A stretch of DNA of 54,287 bases, filler included, from Jimgerdemannia flammicorona (taxonomy: Eukaryota): NCBI GenBank assembly GCA_003990765.1. It is 2 parts of 2 records of this genome, joined end to end, with 100 filler letters (N's around TTAATTAATTAA, not from the genome) between each part and the next. Parts side by side here need not be neighbours in the genome. Positions count along the whole stretch, not along the records: positions 1 to 27,100 come from RBNJ01000662.1; 1 more part is not named here. One strand, given 5' to 3'. Position numbers and translations under genes: made by a program. The notes below the pieces were generated by a model. That model was not told the origin of the DNA and did no database searches. It worked only from the letters and a program-made list of their open reading frames with translations. Positions within the stretch are counted from its first letter, which is position 1. Each line of letters starts with the position of its first letter. Shown in pieces: positions 12,780 through 26,116 of this stretch.

Positions 12780-13711
12780 CGCGTCGTAATCAGGATGCTG
12801 AAGAAGAGGTGGAACAACAAGGGTGCGCGTAGCGTATATTTATGGATAAGTCGATGTCGTCATAAGAACGTCACATTTTTTCCAGAGGTGACGTATATAA
12901 TTTAGCGTGATGAACCAGGGGTCAATGAGCTAGTCAATCGGGTCAGGCAAGAAAATTTGTCAATGAGGAAAAATAGTTACTTCCATATGGAAAAAATGCA
13001 AAACCCCACTTGGAAAAAATGTAGAAAAATATAGAACCTCAATGAAAATGTTAGCTTTAAGATACTAAGAAAAAGTCACATCCAAGTAGATTAAATATAC
13101 CTCAATAAGAGTTATATAGGATTATTTCTACCAAGGTATGCAACTGAGATAATACTTATATTAATAGTTTGATATAGATTTATAAAAAAAATACTTTATA
13201 ATAATACTTTTATATAAGAAATTTCAGTAAAAATCAATGGTAGTTATATAGTAATTATACCATTCACTAATAAAAAGAAAAAAAGGATATGAAATCTAGT
13301 TATATATTTATATCATAATGTCTTCATAAGTTTATTATATAAAGAAATCTATAGAATTCAGCAAAATATATATAAATATTATATAACTATAGTTTAAAAG
13401 ATTATAGTATATCAATTTCATATAAATAAAAAATAAAGTACAAAGAGCTATAAATTTCAGTATAGTTATATAGTAATTGTGCTATTTACTAATAGAAATA
13501 TCATAAATTCATATTATAGAGAAATCTGTAGAATTTAGTAAAAATACATATAAATTCTATATAACTATAGCTTAAAAGGTTGAAATGTACTAATTTCTGA
13601 TCATAGTTATATAATTTAGCTCTAAGTAATAATTCATAATATAAGATAATAATTTAAGAAGCTCAAGACCCTTTAAGAGACTCAATATATATATTATTGA
13701 ATTACTCACAT

Positions 13712-15801
13712 TATAACCAGTATATAATAAGTAGTACTAGTATAAGAGGGTTGCTTTTTAGAGTAACCATTACATAGTTCTGGAAAGGTTTTCTAGATAT
13801 TCTGGATGTTCTGGAAGACTATTTTCTTATAGTCAAGATCAATTTCGTATGGAGTATGTCCTCTACACTTATTGATTTCAAGATTGGGTTGACATCTCAA
13901 TCAAAGTCCTTTCCTGGACTAGTTCTGGATGTTTAGAATTTTCCATATTTCAGGAAGTTTAAGAAACTAAGACCAGCTTAGTTGAATTGGCGTATTGCTG
14001 CAGACAATACCCAATTAGGAAATTTCGTGATAGGGTTAGGAGTGGGACCTAACAGGAAGTAGATTTACTTAAGAGTGGTTTATGGGTTATGGAATAGGTT
14101 TATTTGCTATTTATGATATTGCTATACTAGGAGTAGTTGTATAAAGAATATTGTAGGGAAGTATTCAGGAATATTCTTATGTGTTCGAGTCTGAGATTCT
14201 GAGGTCTGGGGGAGGGGGTATTTATACTAGTGAGGGACTATCTGGACTATGCTGAATATGGATGTAGCACTAAGTGCCTTGCTGAGTCGGAATGCAGTCA
14301 CATAGTACAAGTGTGATCTGACATATCAAGAGATCATCTGACTGCTGAGTCAGTTCACAGTTACATCATATAATGCTAATCTAACTATACTATGACTGCT
14401 AGGCTATTTATGGGTTTAGGCGCTGTCTGGGTAGTCTTCGATAACATCACCATTGATTGCATCATCTCTGATAAAGTAGTCGTCTAGGAATAATGGTTCA
14501 CGGATTACTTCTCCTTGTTCGCTGAGGTAGTAATACATTGGGACTTCATCTCCATCCTACAGGATAGCATCATCTGTTTTGTATGCTGGATAAGGTGTTG
14601 GTGGGCAAAGAATGGGTGTATTGTCTTCACTTTCATCAGATTCGCTGTCTATATATCTTCTATAGATTACGGCACTGTGAGTTGCAGGGTTGTAGTATAC
14701 TGGTGGCTGTGGTTCATGTCACTCGTACTCTGGTGGTAGAGTGGTTGGTTCGATCTTGAGGGTTGTCTAGAGGTACAGGTTATATTCTCCAGTCTCTTTA
14801 TTGTAGTTGAAGTAATCGGGGGTGAATGCAGGTTAGTATTTATGCCAGTAGTCGTTATCCTAATAAGTCTCGTATGCAGTTATGAACTGTTGTAAGTTCA
14901 TCGACAAGGTTGGCAGTGTGATCAGGGTTGGCAGAGATCCTTGGCTTGAGGTCATGTCGGCATCGGAGAGATCATTGTCTTCTGCTTCATCTTCATCGAA
15001 GTGGATTATATCGTAGATGTCCTTCATAGCGTATCCAACTTGGGGCATTTGCAGGATGTGATCATTGGGGTGTGGGAAGATTCTGTCTGTGGTTTCGACG
15101 TACTCGAGGTACTTGTGGTTGAGTTCTTGTATTATGTCATCGATTTGGCCATAGGATAGGGTAGCAACCATTTCGCTGGTAGTGACTCGGAGGCAGGGAA
15201 TAATTGTACTGTACTCATAGAAGAGTTCTCGATGTTTGCGAGCGATGAGCTTCTGGTGTTGAGACATCTGGGTAATGTCTGTATCATGATGGTGTTTGAC
15301 CATATCTTCCAGGAGGCAGCCGATCTGGTAGTAGCTTGAGATTTGTCTGATTCGGTGGGCCTCACTAAGCATATTTAGAGCATTCCATCAGGCTTCCACG
15401 AAGTAGAGGGGTGCTAGGCTGTGGATATTCATGAGGGGCAGAGGGAGTGTAGCTCGGTTGACAATGGTATTCCAAATGTCAGCACAGATGCGGTTGTAGA
15501 TCTCAGTGATCATGTTTGTATGTTTAAAAGTTATGGTTGTTATTTGTTTTGGTTCTCTGATTCAATGCATCTCGGTGCTTGATATATATGCATTTGGTCC
15601 TGATTGGTAAGATTCCATTTGTGTAAATCTTGTATTCTGTGACTTCATATTGACTCAGCTTTGTGCGCTGTGACTTCGGTTTGACTTAGCTTCATGATCA
15701 AGCAGGTGATTTCCAGATTTGTTCAGAGGTCGCGTGTAATTTTGGTGGCTTGTTCAGAGGGTGACGTGTAATTTCGGTGGCTTGGAGGTTGTGCACTTAT
15801 A
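13712..15801 (-). mobile_element. LTR-A: about 2.1-kb solo-LTR-like unit with internal ORF
   Basis: Degenerate termini tataacc..ttata (TGTAA..TTACA after transitions). Minus-strand GTATAAATACCCCC TATA at about 14219-14227, ORF upstream of it. Same layout as LTR-B and LTR-C. No clean TSD, so boundaries are approximate. Confidence 0.55.
14416..15513 (-). pseudogene. LTR-A U3-embedded ORF, 366 codons, 6 in-frame stops, no frameshift
   Basis: MITEIYNRICADIWNTI..YFVEA*WNALNMLSEAHRIRQISSYYQIGCLL..IARKHRELFYEYSTIIPCLRVTTSEMVATLS..VIEDYPDSA*. Every internal stop is one transition away from CGA/CAG/CAA/TGG. Confidence 0.75.
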
Positions 15802-16360
15802 ACTAGTAAGCTTAGTATATATATAGTCTATATATATAGTAAGCTCAATATATATATAGTAAGCTTATATTAATAAGTAGCATGTATCTGATTAAGCTTT
15901 TATTAATATATTATCAATGAGAATTAATTGCTTATATTATAGCTAGCATATATAGTAAGCTCAGTATATATATAGTAAGTATATATATATATATATATAG
16001 TAAGTATATATAGTAAGCTCAGTATATATATAATAAGCATATGTATATTAATAAGTAGTATATATCTGGTCAAGCTTACTTACATCTACTTATTAATATA
16101 AAAGCACTCTTCTCACTCTTTCCACTTTTTCATCCTTATACTTACTTATGCTTATATAATTATCACTATATCACTATATTGCACTCATGCTTGTCACTCA
16201 TACTCATGCTCATTACTTATGCTCATACTTATACTCATTGCTCATACTTATACTCATACTTATTACTCATACTCATGCTCATCACTTACTACTATAATAT
16301 ATAAGCCAAACTGTTAAAATCTACTCAATCTACTCACTCACTCACACTTACTATCTAATA
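15802..16360. repeat. Low-complexity AT-rich simple repeats ((TA)n/tagtaagc; actcat)
   Basis: Directly visible. Confidence 0.75.
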
Positions 16361-16825
16361 TATAATGGTTCTAGTTTCTTTAAAAGAAAGTAGCTAAATC
16401 TGAAAGTTCTAGTTGATCTAAAGTAGCTTAAAGAAATACTTAAAGGTTCAAGTGTTCTTGAAGGATTTCTGGAAGAAAAATATTCTGAGCTTTATTCAGA
16501 TAGAGAATAAGGATATTTATACATGATCTGAAAGAAAGATCTGAAAGAATCTTGGAAAGAAAGAGAAATACCAAGAAATAGATTCTTAGCAAAGCTGACT
16601 AATACTATTCTACAATGTTCTAAAAGGTTCCATAACTAGTTAAGATAGGATACTTAGTGTCAAGAAAAGATAAGAATGTTCTGATAGTATCTGGACATTG
16701 AGAGAAGATTTCTAATTAAGTAAAAGGTGTCAGAACATAGTAGAATATTTAAGAAATGACAAGAAAAGACTAACTAAAAGATACAAAAATATACTAAAAC
16801 TAAATATAACTGTGAAATTATTACA
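16361..16825 (-). repeat. 3' LTR of chromovirus
   Basis: Matches 23492-23956, ends ..ttaca, abuts the PPT. Confidence 0.92.
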
Positions 16826-18399
16826 TCTCTCTCTCCTTAAGAACTAATATCCTCATTGAGTTCTTAGATAATATAAGACTAGATATACTTAACCAAAATT
16901 TCTCAAACTTGTATCAGCATATTGGTGGAGATTAATCATCCTCATATAGGACAGAGGGCCTATTACTAGACTAACCAACTGAAAGGAGTTCGAACCCAGC
17001 TAGTAGCCTTATTTCAGTGGACTTCTTGTTTATTAAATATTCTACTAGTTCTAGGGTTCTAAAGTAAACTTCTAATTAAGATACTGATCATTGTCATAGG
17101 TCATCAACAATTCAAGGAAGTCACTACAGAGATTGGGTAATATGTTTTATCTTGAAGTCTTGAACTAGATCTTGAGAGTTCTTGAGGTTGACCAGTGGTT
17201 TCCAGATAATATCATATTCAAGATAACTCATCTACTTGATTAGGTATTCAAGATAATAGTAGCAGATTCATTTGTCAAGAATTTTTTCAACTTTGTACTT
17301 AATGTAGTCTTTAATAATCATTAGGGGCAGAAGGCTTAGGAATTCAACCAGGGTAGAGTGGTGATTGGTTCCAGATCTTGAGGTATGACATATGAAAGAC
17401 TGAGTGTACTCTCATGATTTCAGGTAACTTGAGGTGATAGGAGGATACAGAGACTTGTTTAGTGATCTCAAAAAGTCCAATATACTTAGGTTGAAACTTG
17501 TTCAAAGAGTGGTTAACTTGAGATTATATCTTGAGATTCTCAGTAGATAGTAGGACTTGATCTCCAATAGTGTAAGTGATATCATGGTATTTCTTGTTGG
17601 TATACTTGGCTTGATACTGTTGAGCTTTCTGAAGATTCATGGTAGCAATCTTGAGTAGTTTGTCCATTTTATCTGTAAGGTTCTTGGTAGTTGAGACTTG
17701 TATTTGACTGGTTTTCTTGAAAGAGAATAGACTTGCAGGGGTCTTGAGATCTTGACTATAAAGTAACTAGAAAGGAGAAAGACTAGTAGATGATTAGATA
17801 GTATTGTTATATATAAACTCCACATAAGTCAGATAGATGTCTCAATCATCTTATTTGTAAGAAATATAGTTTCTAAGCATTTATTCAAGAGTTCTGTTTA
17901 TACACTCAGTTTGTTCATCAGTTTGTAGATGAAAGGCAGTATATATAGTCAATTGGGTTCCCAGAGTCTTGAAGAGAGTTTTCCAGAAGTGACTAGTGAA
18001 CTTGGGGTTATGATTGCTAACAATTACTCATGGTAGACCATAGTGATAGAAGATAGACTTGAAGAAGATTCTTGCAATCTTGGGTGTGGTAGTATTAATA
18101 GTGGTTGGTTTAGCAACCATAGTTTTGGTCAGACAGTCAATGAATACAATGATGGCATCAGCATCAAATTGAGTTTGTGGTAGTTGAGTTACAAAGTCCA
18201 TGGTAACTTACTTAAACTTCTTGGTAGAAATTGGCAGTAGTTATAGTAAACTAATAGATGCTTGGTTGGTAGACTTGTTATACTGATATAGATTACAGCT
18301 GGTAATATAGTTCTTGATTTTCTTGACCATGTTTGGCCAATAGTAGTAGCATTGGATGTTCTTGACAGTCTTCTCAATTTTCAGGTGACCAGTAAGAGA

Positions 18400-19440
18400 T
18401 GATGATGGCTTTCACTGCTCCCATATATCTAAGCTATCAGGAGGGTGAGCATCTCAAGTTTTGGAGACTACAAGTATAGGCTCTAAGGAGTACTGACAGG
18501 TGTACCTTGTCCCTTAGATATAGAGGTCCCACCTGGTCTTTTTAGTATGATCATAGCTTCTAGTTTCAGCAAGTTACAAAGATTTTAAGAATTTTAGGCA
18601 AGATGGCAAAATGGCAAGACAGCAAGACAGTAAGATGGGCAAGATGACAAGATGGACAAGAGGGGCAAGAGGGGTAAGATGGACAAGATGGATAAGATGG
18701 GCAAGATGACAAGACAGGTGACAGGGGCAAGATGGGTAGATAACAAGATAGGTGATATTGGCAAGATGAACAAAATAGATAATACAGATAATATAGACAA
18801 CATAGACAATACAGACAATACAGGTAATATAGGCAATATGGACAACACAGGCAATATGGGTGGGCAAGATGGGCAAGACAAGCAAGATGGACAAGATGGG
18901 TAAGACAGTAAGATGGCAAGATGGATGACATAGGCAAGATGGGTAGACAGCAAAATAAGCAATATAGGCAAAATAGGCAAAATAGGTAATATGGGCAATA
19001 TAGGCAACATGGGCAACATGGGCAACATGGGCAATATAGGCAGATAAGATAGGCAAGATGAGCAAGATGGGCAAGATAGGTAAGATAGGTAAGACAACAA
19101 GACAACAAGATGGGTAATATAGGCAAGATAGGTAAGACAGGTAAGATAGGTAAGATAGATAAGATAGGCAAGATAGGTAAGACAGTAAGACAGCAAGATG
19201 GACAAGATAGGCAAGACAGTAAGACAGCAAGATGGGTAAGATGGGCAAGATGAATAACATGAGCAGGCAAGACAGACAAGATGAACAAGACAGACAAGAT
19301 GGCAAGATAGATGATATGGACAAGATGGGCAGATGGTAAGATAAGCAATATGAGCAAGATAGATAAAATAAATAAAATAGGTAATATAGGCAATATAGGC
19401 AATATGGGCAACATGGGCAAGATAGATAAGATGGCAAAAT
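18400..19440 (+). mobile_element. Retroposon-like insertion: about 190-bp unique head plus about 850-bp (GGCAAGAT/GGCAAGATG)n tail, with a 14-16 bp TSD
   Basis: Interrupts the integrase Zn-finger (..HNSPLTDH / LTGHLKIEKTVKN..). Flanks gtgaccagtaagag (18385-18398) and gtgatcagtgagag (19442-19455) differ only by transitions. Confidence 0.7.
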
Positions 19441-21214
19441 AGTGATCAGTGAGAGGAGAGTTATGGTATTCTTGCAAAACCTTATAGTATAGGTTTATGT
19501 TTTTAAGTAAATAGACTTAGTCTTGATGATAGATCAGATTGTTCTCAACAGTATATATATCCTTGAGTTTATTTGAGAAAACTCTAGTAGCAACTATGTC
19601 TTCTTTGTAAGCTTATCTGATTTGGTCTAGGAATTCTGATGCCAAGGTGACTTATATGATTGTGGCAAGATCTGGATATCTTGATAAGATATCTGGTACT
19701 ATAAGTATCTTGTCAGGCTTATAGATGATTGTCAGGTTGAAGATTTGAAGCTTGAGGTTCCACTTGGCTTATAGATATGACAAAGTAGATTGGGTGTTAA
19801 TATACTTGAGAGATTGATGATCAGTAATGACATCAAACTCAATACCTTCTAGATAGCATTGTCAGTAGTCTAATATATATATTATTGCTAGTAGTTTCTT
19901 CTCATGAGTAGCTAGCTTTTGTTCAGCTAGGGCCAGCTTGTAGGACTCAAAAGCAATAGAGTGATGTCCTTTGCCATCATCTTGTAACAGGACTGCTCCA
20001 ATAGCAAAATTTGATACATTAGTAGTGACTGTGAATTTTAGGCCTTGATCTGTATTATACAGGACTGGAGTATAAGTCAGGTGGTTCTTGAGTTCTTGAA
20101 AGGCTTATTGACAGAAAAGGTCCTAGATATAGGGTACATAGTGGTCAGAGTACAGGGCCTTCCTCATGAGGTTAGTCAGTAGCTCAGCAATATTAGAGAA
20201 GTTTCTGACAAAGTGGTAGTAATAGCCAGCTAGATCAAGGAAGGATTAGAGTTCTGTGAGATTTGATGGAATGGACTATTCTTTAATTGCTTCTATCTTA
20301 TATGGGTCTACTTGAATTCTTTATGCAGAGACAATATGGTCAAGATATTCAACTTGTTTCTTGAAGAATTCATACTTCTTGAGCTTAGTGTAAAACTTGT
20401 ATTTTTGCAGGATCTTTAGAATTATTCAAATGTATTTGAGGTGTTCTTCTTTAGTTGCACTAAAGATCAAGATGTCATCAAGATATACCAACAGAAAAAT
20501 AAATAGTTGATCCTTGAATATCTTATTCATCAAAGTCTGGAATATAGCAGGTATATTGGTGAGACCAAATACTAAGACTAGGAATTCATAGAGTCTAAAG
20601 GGGGTCATGAATACAGTCTTAGGAATATCTTCTAGCTTGATTCAGATCTGGTGATATTCTGACATAAGGTCTAACTTAGTGAAGTACTTGACATTCTTGA
20701 AAGCATCAAAGATTTGATCAATCAAGAGTAGCAGATAGTAGTTCTTGACAGTGAGTTTATTGAGTATATAATAGTCTATACACATTTGCAGGGTACCATC
20801 CTTCTTCTTGATGAATAAGACTGGTGAGCTATAAGGAGATTTGCTTGGCTGGATGACTTCTCATATAAGTAGTTCTTCTAGTTCCTTCTTGACTACTTCA
20901 ATTTTGAGTAGTGACATGTGGTACATGTGTTTCTTGGATGATACAGTTTCTGGAATTAGTTCAATTTCATGATTAACTTCTCATATAGATGGTAGACCAG
21001 GTAGCTTGTCTGAAAAGATATCCTTAAATTCTTCTAGCAGTAGCTTGATGCTTTCATTGACTGATAGTCTCTTGTCTTGTTTCTTAGAGTGGATCATTAC
21101 AACAAAGATATGCATTGTCTTCTTGAGTACTTTCTTATACTATATACATAGCTGACAGTATTACAATCTAGGTCTTACTTGTAGTCTTATCTGTCTTGAT
21201 CATAATATTGGCTC

Positions 21215-21638
21215 TAGTGCTCCCAAACGAGTTGAATCAATTCGAATCAAATCGAATTGAGGGTTAAATGAGTCGAATCGAATTGGGGATTTTTCAATTT
21301 GAATCAATTCAAATCGAATCAAAAGTCAAATCGAATTGAGGGTCTAATTCGAACCCTAATTTTCAAAATGCAATAACTCAGCATAAACTCATCTAAATCT
21401 AATGTACTTTAGCTTGTTAGAATCACATTAATATGGTGAATCTAATAAGCTAAAATATGTTAAATTTGAATGAGTTTTCGTTGAGTTATTACATTTTGAA
21501 AATTAAGGTTTGAATCGAACTTCGAATCAAATTGGACCTTTGATTTGATTCAAATTGAATTGAATTGGACCCTTGATTTGATCGAATTGAATTGAGTTTG
21601 GGCCAAATTCAATTCAATTCGATTCATTGGGAGTACTA
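21215..21638. mobile_element. hAT-type foldback MITE, 424 bp
   Basis: TIR tagtgctccca / tgggagtacta, perfect 8-bp TSD attggctc (21207-21214, 21639-21646), subterminal 5-bp tcgaa/ttgaa arrays. The whole element is an imperfect palindrome. Confidence 0.92.
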
Positions 21639-22049
21639 ATTGGCTCCATCTTAAAGTAAGGTGACTTCATTCTTATATCAATCAATGTCTGGATTGTATT
21701 TTGTAAGCCAGGGTTTTCCTAAGATCAAGTCATAATCTCCTAGTAGTACAATCTCAATGTCTACTCATTCCTAATATTTCTAGATCTTAATGGGCAGTTT
21801 TGTGGCAATTAACTCATAGAGTGTAGAGTACTATCTGTAGTGACTATACTATTGTTCTTGGATATAGACTTGGTGAGGATCTTGAGGCTTTTAATGAGAT
21901 TCTGATTGATGAAGTTCCCTATAGCTCTGCTGTCTATGAGTACTTGAACTTCTTTTCCTTTGACTAGGTCTTTGAAAATGAGCTCAATTTTCACTAAAAC
22001 TTGCTGCTTGATCAGTGCTGCCAAAATTCTTTTGATCTTATTTAGTTTC

Positions 22050-22450
22050 AGAGAGTTCTTAGACTTCTATAATCTTGAGTTGACTGGCTTTTTCCAGGAT
22101 CATTTGTGTAACTCAGTCTCCTTCTTTAACTGTATAGTCTTGATCCTTCTGGTTGACAAGTAAGACTTGAACTTGTTCTCAAAAGTCTGGATCAATGACA
22201 CCAGTACCTACATCTAAATAATATTTGATACTGAGTCCTGATCATAGTGCAATTCTAGCATAATGTCCTTTAGGGCATTGGACTACAATTCCAGTAGGCA
22301 CCAGAGTGTGGCCCTTGGCTGGAATAGTGACTTGTTTGACTGAGTATAGGTCAAGACCAATGACTCCTCCTATTTGATATTGAGGGACCTGGGCCTTTAA
22401 ATGAAGCTTCTTGATCTTGAGCTCAAGTTGACTGATGGTGGGATTGACAG
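22050..22450 (-). pseudogene. dUTPase domain of chromovirus, between Gag and protease
   Basis: LKIKKLHLKAQVPQY..GLDLYS..LVPTGIVVQCPKGHYARIAL*SGLS..VGTGVIDPDF..VQVLLVN..VKEGD*VTQMILEK gives dUTPase motifs 1-4. Confidence 0.85.
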
Positions 22451-23491
22451 ATATGTCCTTGGATAGCACAGTGACTGGTCTTGAGGTTCACTAGTCTTCT
22501 TAGAACATTTGGTTACAATGTGTCCTGTTTAATGACAGAAGAAATAGGCTCCAGATTTCTTCAGATACATAGTTCTTTTCTTCAGAGGTGAGCTTGGTAT
22601 TCTTTTTGTTCATAGTGTCTAAGTCTATTAGTACCAGACCAACTGTCCTTGGTTGGTTTCTGTAGCAGTTCTTGATGTGGTTCTTCTTATAGTATTCTAG
22701 CTCAAAGCAGTTGCCAAAGGTAATAATATCAAATCTATCAGTAATTCTCATAGATTCATCAAGAGTTTTGGGCTCTTCTAGCTCAATATTGACCCATGTA
22801 TTTCCCTTCAGACCTCAGATATAGTGGTCTATCTTTTCATCCTCAGATACTACTGGTAGCTCAAGTAGAATTGACAAGAATTATATATTATAGCTTTATA
22901 TAGACTTAAGTTGCTTGATGTTCACTAGCTTGTCTCTGGCTAGCTTAGTAGCATTAGTAGGCTTGAACTACTTGTGAAGGGCTCTCTTGAAAGCTTCCCA
23001 ATCTCTGATTTGTATATATGAGTATACAGATATAATCATGATATAATTTATCACCAGATGGCTATATTTCCTTAGAGGAGTATGGTGGCAAATTGGACTT
23101 GCATGTTATCTTTCATTCTTATGAGCTCAAAGTATTGATCCAACTGGAAGGTCTATGTATCTGTAGATAGTCCTCCTCAATAGCTGTTGAAGATATCTAG
23201 CTTGAGTGACTTGAAACTGATTGATACTATGGCAGAATGTGATATTTCTATAGTTTGTATTTTCTGGTGTTCTAGTTGTGCTTGAAGTTCTTAAATTTGA
23301 TAGACCATAGCATTGATTATATCTTCTATATTGAGCTGTTATCCTCCTGCTTCTTCTGTAGCAGAAGGGTCTGGCTGATAGACTGACTCTTTGTAACTTA
23401 TTTCAGGTTCATGTGACTAGTTGTGACTGGTTTCTAAATTCATATAAGGTTTCTTAATAAGGTAAGATATAATGATACTACTACTACTAAG

Positions 23492-23956
23492 TGTAACAGT
23501 TTTAGTTTCTTTAAGAGGAAGTGGCTAAATCTGGAAGTTCTGATTAGCCTAAAGTAGCTTGAAGAAATACTTAAAGGTTCAAGTATTCTTGAAGGATTTC
23601 TGGAAGAAAAATATTTTAAGCTTTATTCAAGTAGAGAACAAGAATATTTATATATGATCTAAAAGAAAGATCTGGAAGGATCTTAGAAAGAAAGAGAAAT
23701 ACCAAGAAATAGATTTTCAGCAAAGCTGACTAATACTATTCTACAATGTTCTGAAAGGTTTCATAACTAGCTAAGATAGAATACTTGGTGCCAAGAAAAG
23801 ACAAGAATGTTCTGATAATGTCTGGGTGCCAAGAGAAGGTTTCTAACCAAGTAAAAGATTTCGGAATATAGTAGAATGTTCAAGAAATAACAAGAAAAGA
23901 CTAACTAAAAGATGTAAAAATATACTAAGACTAAATATGACTGTGAAATTATTATT
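23492..23956 (-). repeat. 5' LTR of chromovirus
   Basis: Begins tgtaac on the + strand and matches 16361-16825. Confidence 0.92.
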
Positions 23957-24520
23957 TAATAATATAATATCTAATTAAGCTCAAGCAATACCCTTTATAA
24001 TCTATTATATCAAACTTCTTAGGAAATATGAAGTCAAACTCAAAGATGTATATTCTGATCAGGAGAGAATAATTAAGTTTGAGCTTTTCAGATACATGAT
24101 TGTTATTAACATATAGTTAAATAAAAAGAGATAAGAAGATACCCTCAAGAAGATATCTAAATATATGAGTTTTGACTTAGAAGTGATGATTATGAAATGC
24201 AGTAAGATATGTATTAAATTACTACTATATATTTACCTCTTTTTTATTTTATCTAATTATCTTTTACATATCTATAGATCATAGTTTGACTGAGTGATAT
24301 GAGAAGATAGATCCTTGAAACCATTAAATCTAATATTCTCTCTAAATTTACTTCTATTCTTTCAAATATTTTTAACCTCAACAAGAATGTTGAGATAGTA
24401 ACTCAATATACCAGTATATAATCTTATACTATTCTATCAGATTTACATCATTCATTAGTAATATGAGAAATATGCAATCTATGCAACTTCAATAAAATTG
24501 TCCCTCTCTTTATAATATTA

Positions 24521-26116
24521 TATAGTGGTCGCTGAGTCCTTCAAATATATCAGATTCTCTCCAAGGTATATCTCTTAGACTAACTACAAGTTTGTTATAA
24601 GCAAGTTCTTATTGGAGTATCTTCCCAAGGTCTTATAGTCCTCAAACTTCTTATCTTTAAACTGTCTTGTTATCTCTTAAATTGCTTGCATAGAATTGAG
24701 GATAAGTGAACTTGACTGACTTTATTTCAAAAGAAATAAGAGAGGTATTTATATAAAATATATTTCAATGTTTGCTAAGTTATAAAGCTAAATATAAATT
24801 TCAATAATCAAATAAAATACTGAAATACAGAAAACTATAGTTATAAGTATAAGTTTAAGTATTTATATAAATAGTTATATAAGTTCAGGATGCCAGTAAA
24901 ATTTCAGTGATATAGGAAAAGGATATCAGAAGAATTTCTGAGTTATACAAGATCAGAATGCCAGAAGAATAACAGTTATATAGAAAAGGATGCTGGTAGA
25001 ATCCAGTGTTACTAAGAACTTAGAGCAAAAAGTTCAGAACTATGAGAGCTTCATCTTTGTCACTCTTATCAAAATCAGAGGTCAGAAATAGGATGTCTTT
25101 GAAAGAGATGAGATCTATGAACATTTTGTCTGTCTCATTATATATATCATACATTTCATATATTTCATATATATCATGTGAGATAATATTATTACTGATG
25201 ATATTATTACATTCAGTAGTGATAGGGGCTCTCTAATCTATGACATTCTCTTCTATAAAATAAGAAACAAATGTGAAGTCTTAGGGAGGTCTAATCTGGA
25301 TACTGAGGTCTTAGAATGCTGAGATCAATCCTTGCAGAAACTGATCAGAATTGTTCTCAAGAATAGGATTCCAGAACTCTTCTATCTCATCACTATTGAG
25401 AGTGATAGTAGACTGGACTTCTGTAACTACCATAGCTTCTAGTATATTAGTATAGTGGACTGATAGCTTCTTGAAGTCTGAGATTCTAGTATACTCTAAG
25501 TTGGAGATTGACTATAGTGTATGTCTAAAGATCTGATAAATCTTCTTGGCTATCCTTATTTCACATATATCTATAAGGATGGTATCTTGTATTTCTTGGT
25601 AACTAGTCTAAGGAAATTTCCAGCAGAGGAGGTTTTCTATTTCATACTTCTACATATCTAGAGACATTTGGTAGCAATGATGATCTTTATTTTCATTTCA
25701 TAGTAGTAGAGGATACATATAATAATGGAGGTCACCAGTACTCAAGTTGATACTAGGAGTTCTTGTATAGGTATTTATAGCTCTTCTGATATCTTGGAAC
25801 ATTCTTTTCTAAACTGAGGAGCCTTGGTGGTTTCTGAACCTTAAGGTTTGATGAGCAGCAGATATTTGTTTGTAGTAAGTCTTTAGAACTATTTCTGTAA
25901 GCTTTATTTAGGCTGCTGCTACTGTGGTTTCTTAATCCTTCTTTTATATTCCTTGAGATGTCTGTCTTGGGTCACAATGACTCACAGTTGATCATTATTG
26001 CTCATTTTATAGCCTGGATGAGTTATGCTATATGATTTTCTTGTGTTTCAATCTAGTGGCTTATAAGAAAAGGCTATCTCCTGCACTGATATCATTATTC
26101 TAAGGTCACTATTACA
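24521..26116 (-). repeat. LTR-B, 3' copy, containing a degenerate ORF at about 25030-26005
   Basis: Colinear with 35722-37287, ends attaca next to the PPT. Confidence 0.88.

Larger units (their letters stand above)
16361..23956 (-). mobile_element. Full-length degenerate Ty3/Gypsy chromovirus: gag-ZnK-dUTPase-PR-RT-RH-IN-chromodomain
   Basis: Direct-repeat LTRs of 465 bp (16361-16825, 23492-23956), 5-bp TSD TAATA on both sides, polypurine tract at 16826-16841. Gag about 23300-22500, dUTPase about 22450-22050, protease VLIDSRAIGNFI about 21930, RT (FGLTNIPAIFQ..LVYLDDILIFS) about 20450-20600, RNase H about 19700-20050, integrase about 17400-19500, chromodomain YKVEKIL..YLIK..WKP..NL about 17150-17305. 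Confidence 0.93.

Noticed and set aside
18400..18460. Resemblance of gatgatggctttc to the 5' end of fungal SRP RNA
   Set aside because: Match too short and degenerate to support without a covariance-model search.
18566..19477. Long ORFs (LPILPI.., CLYCLY..) on three minus frames
   Set aside because: Artefacts of the 8-9-bp satellite tail.
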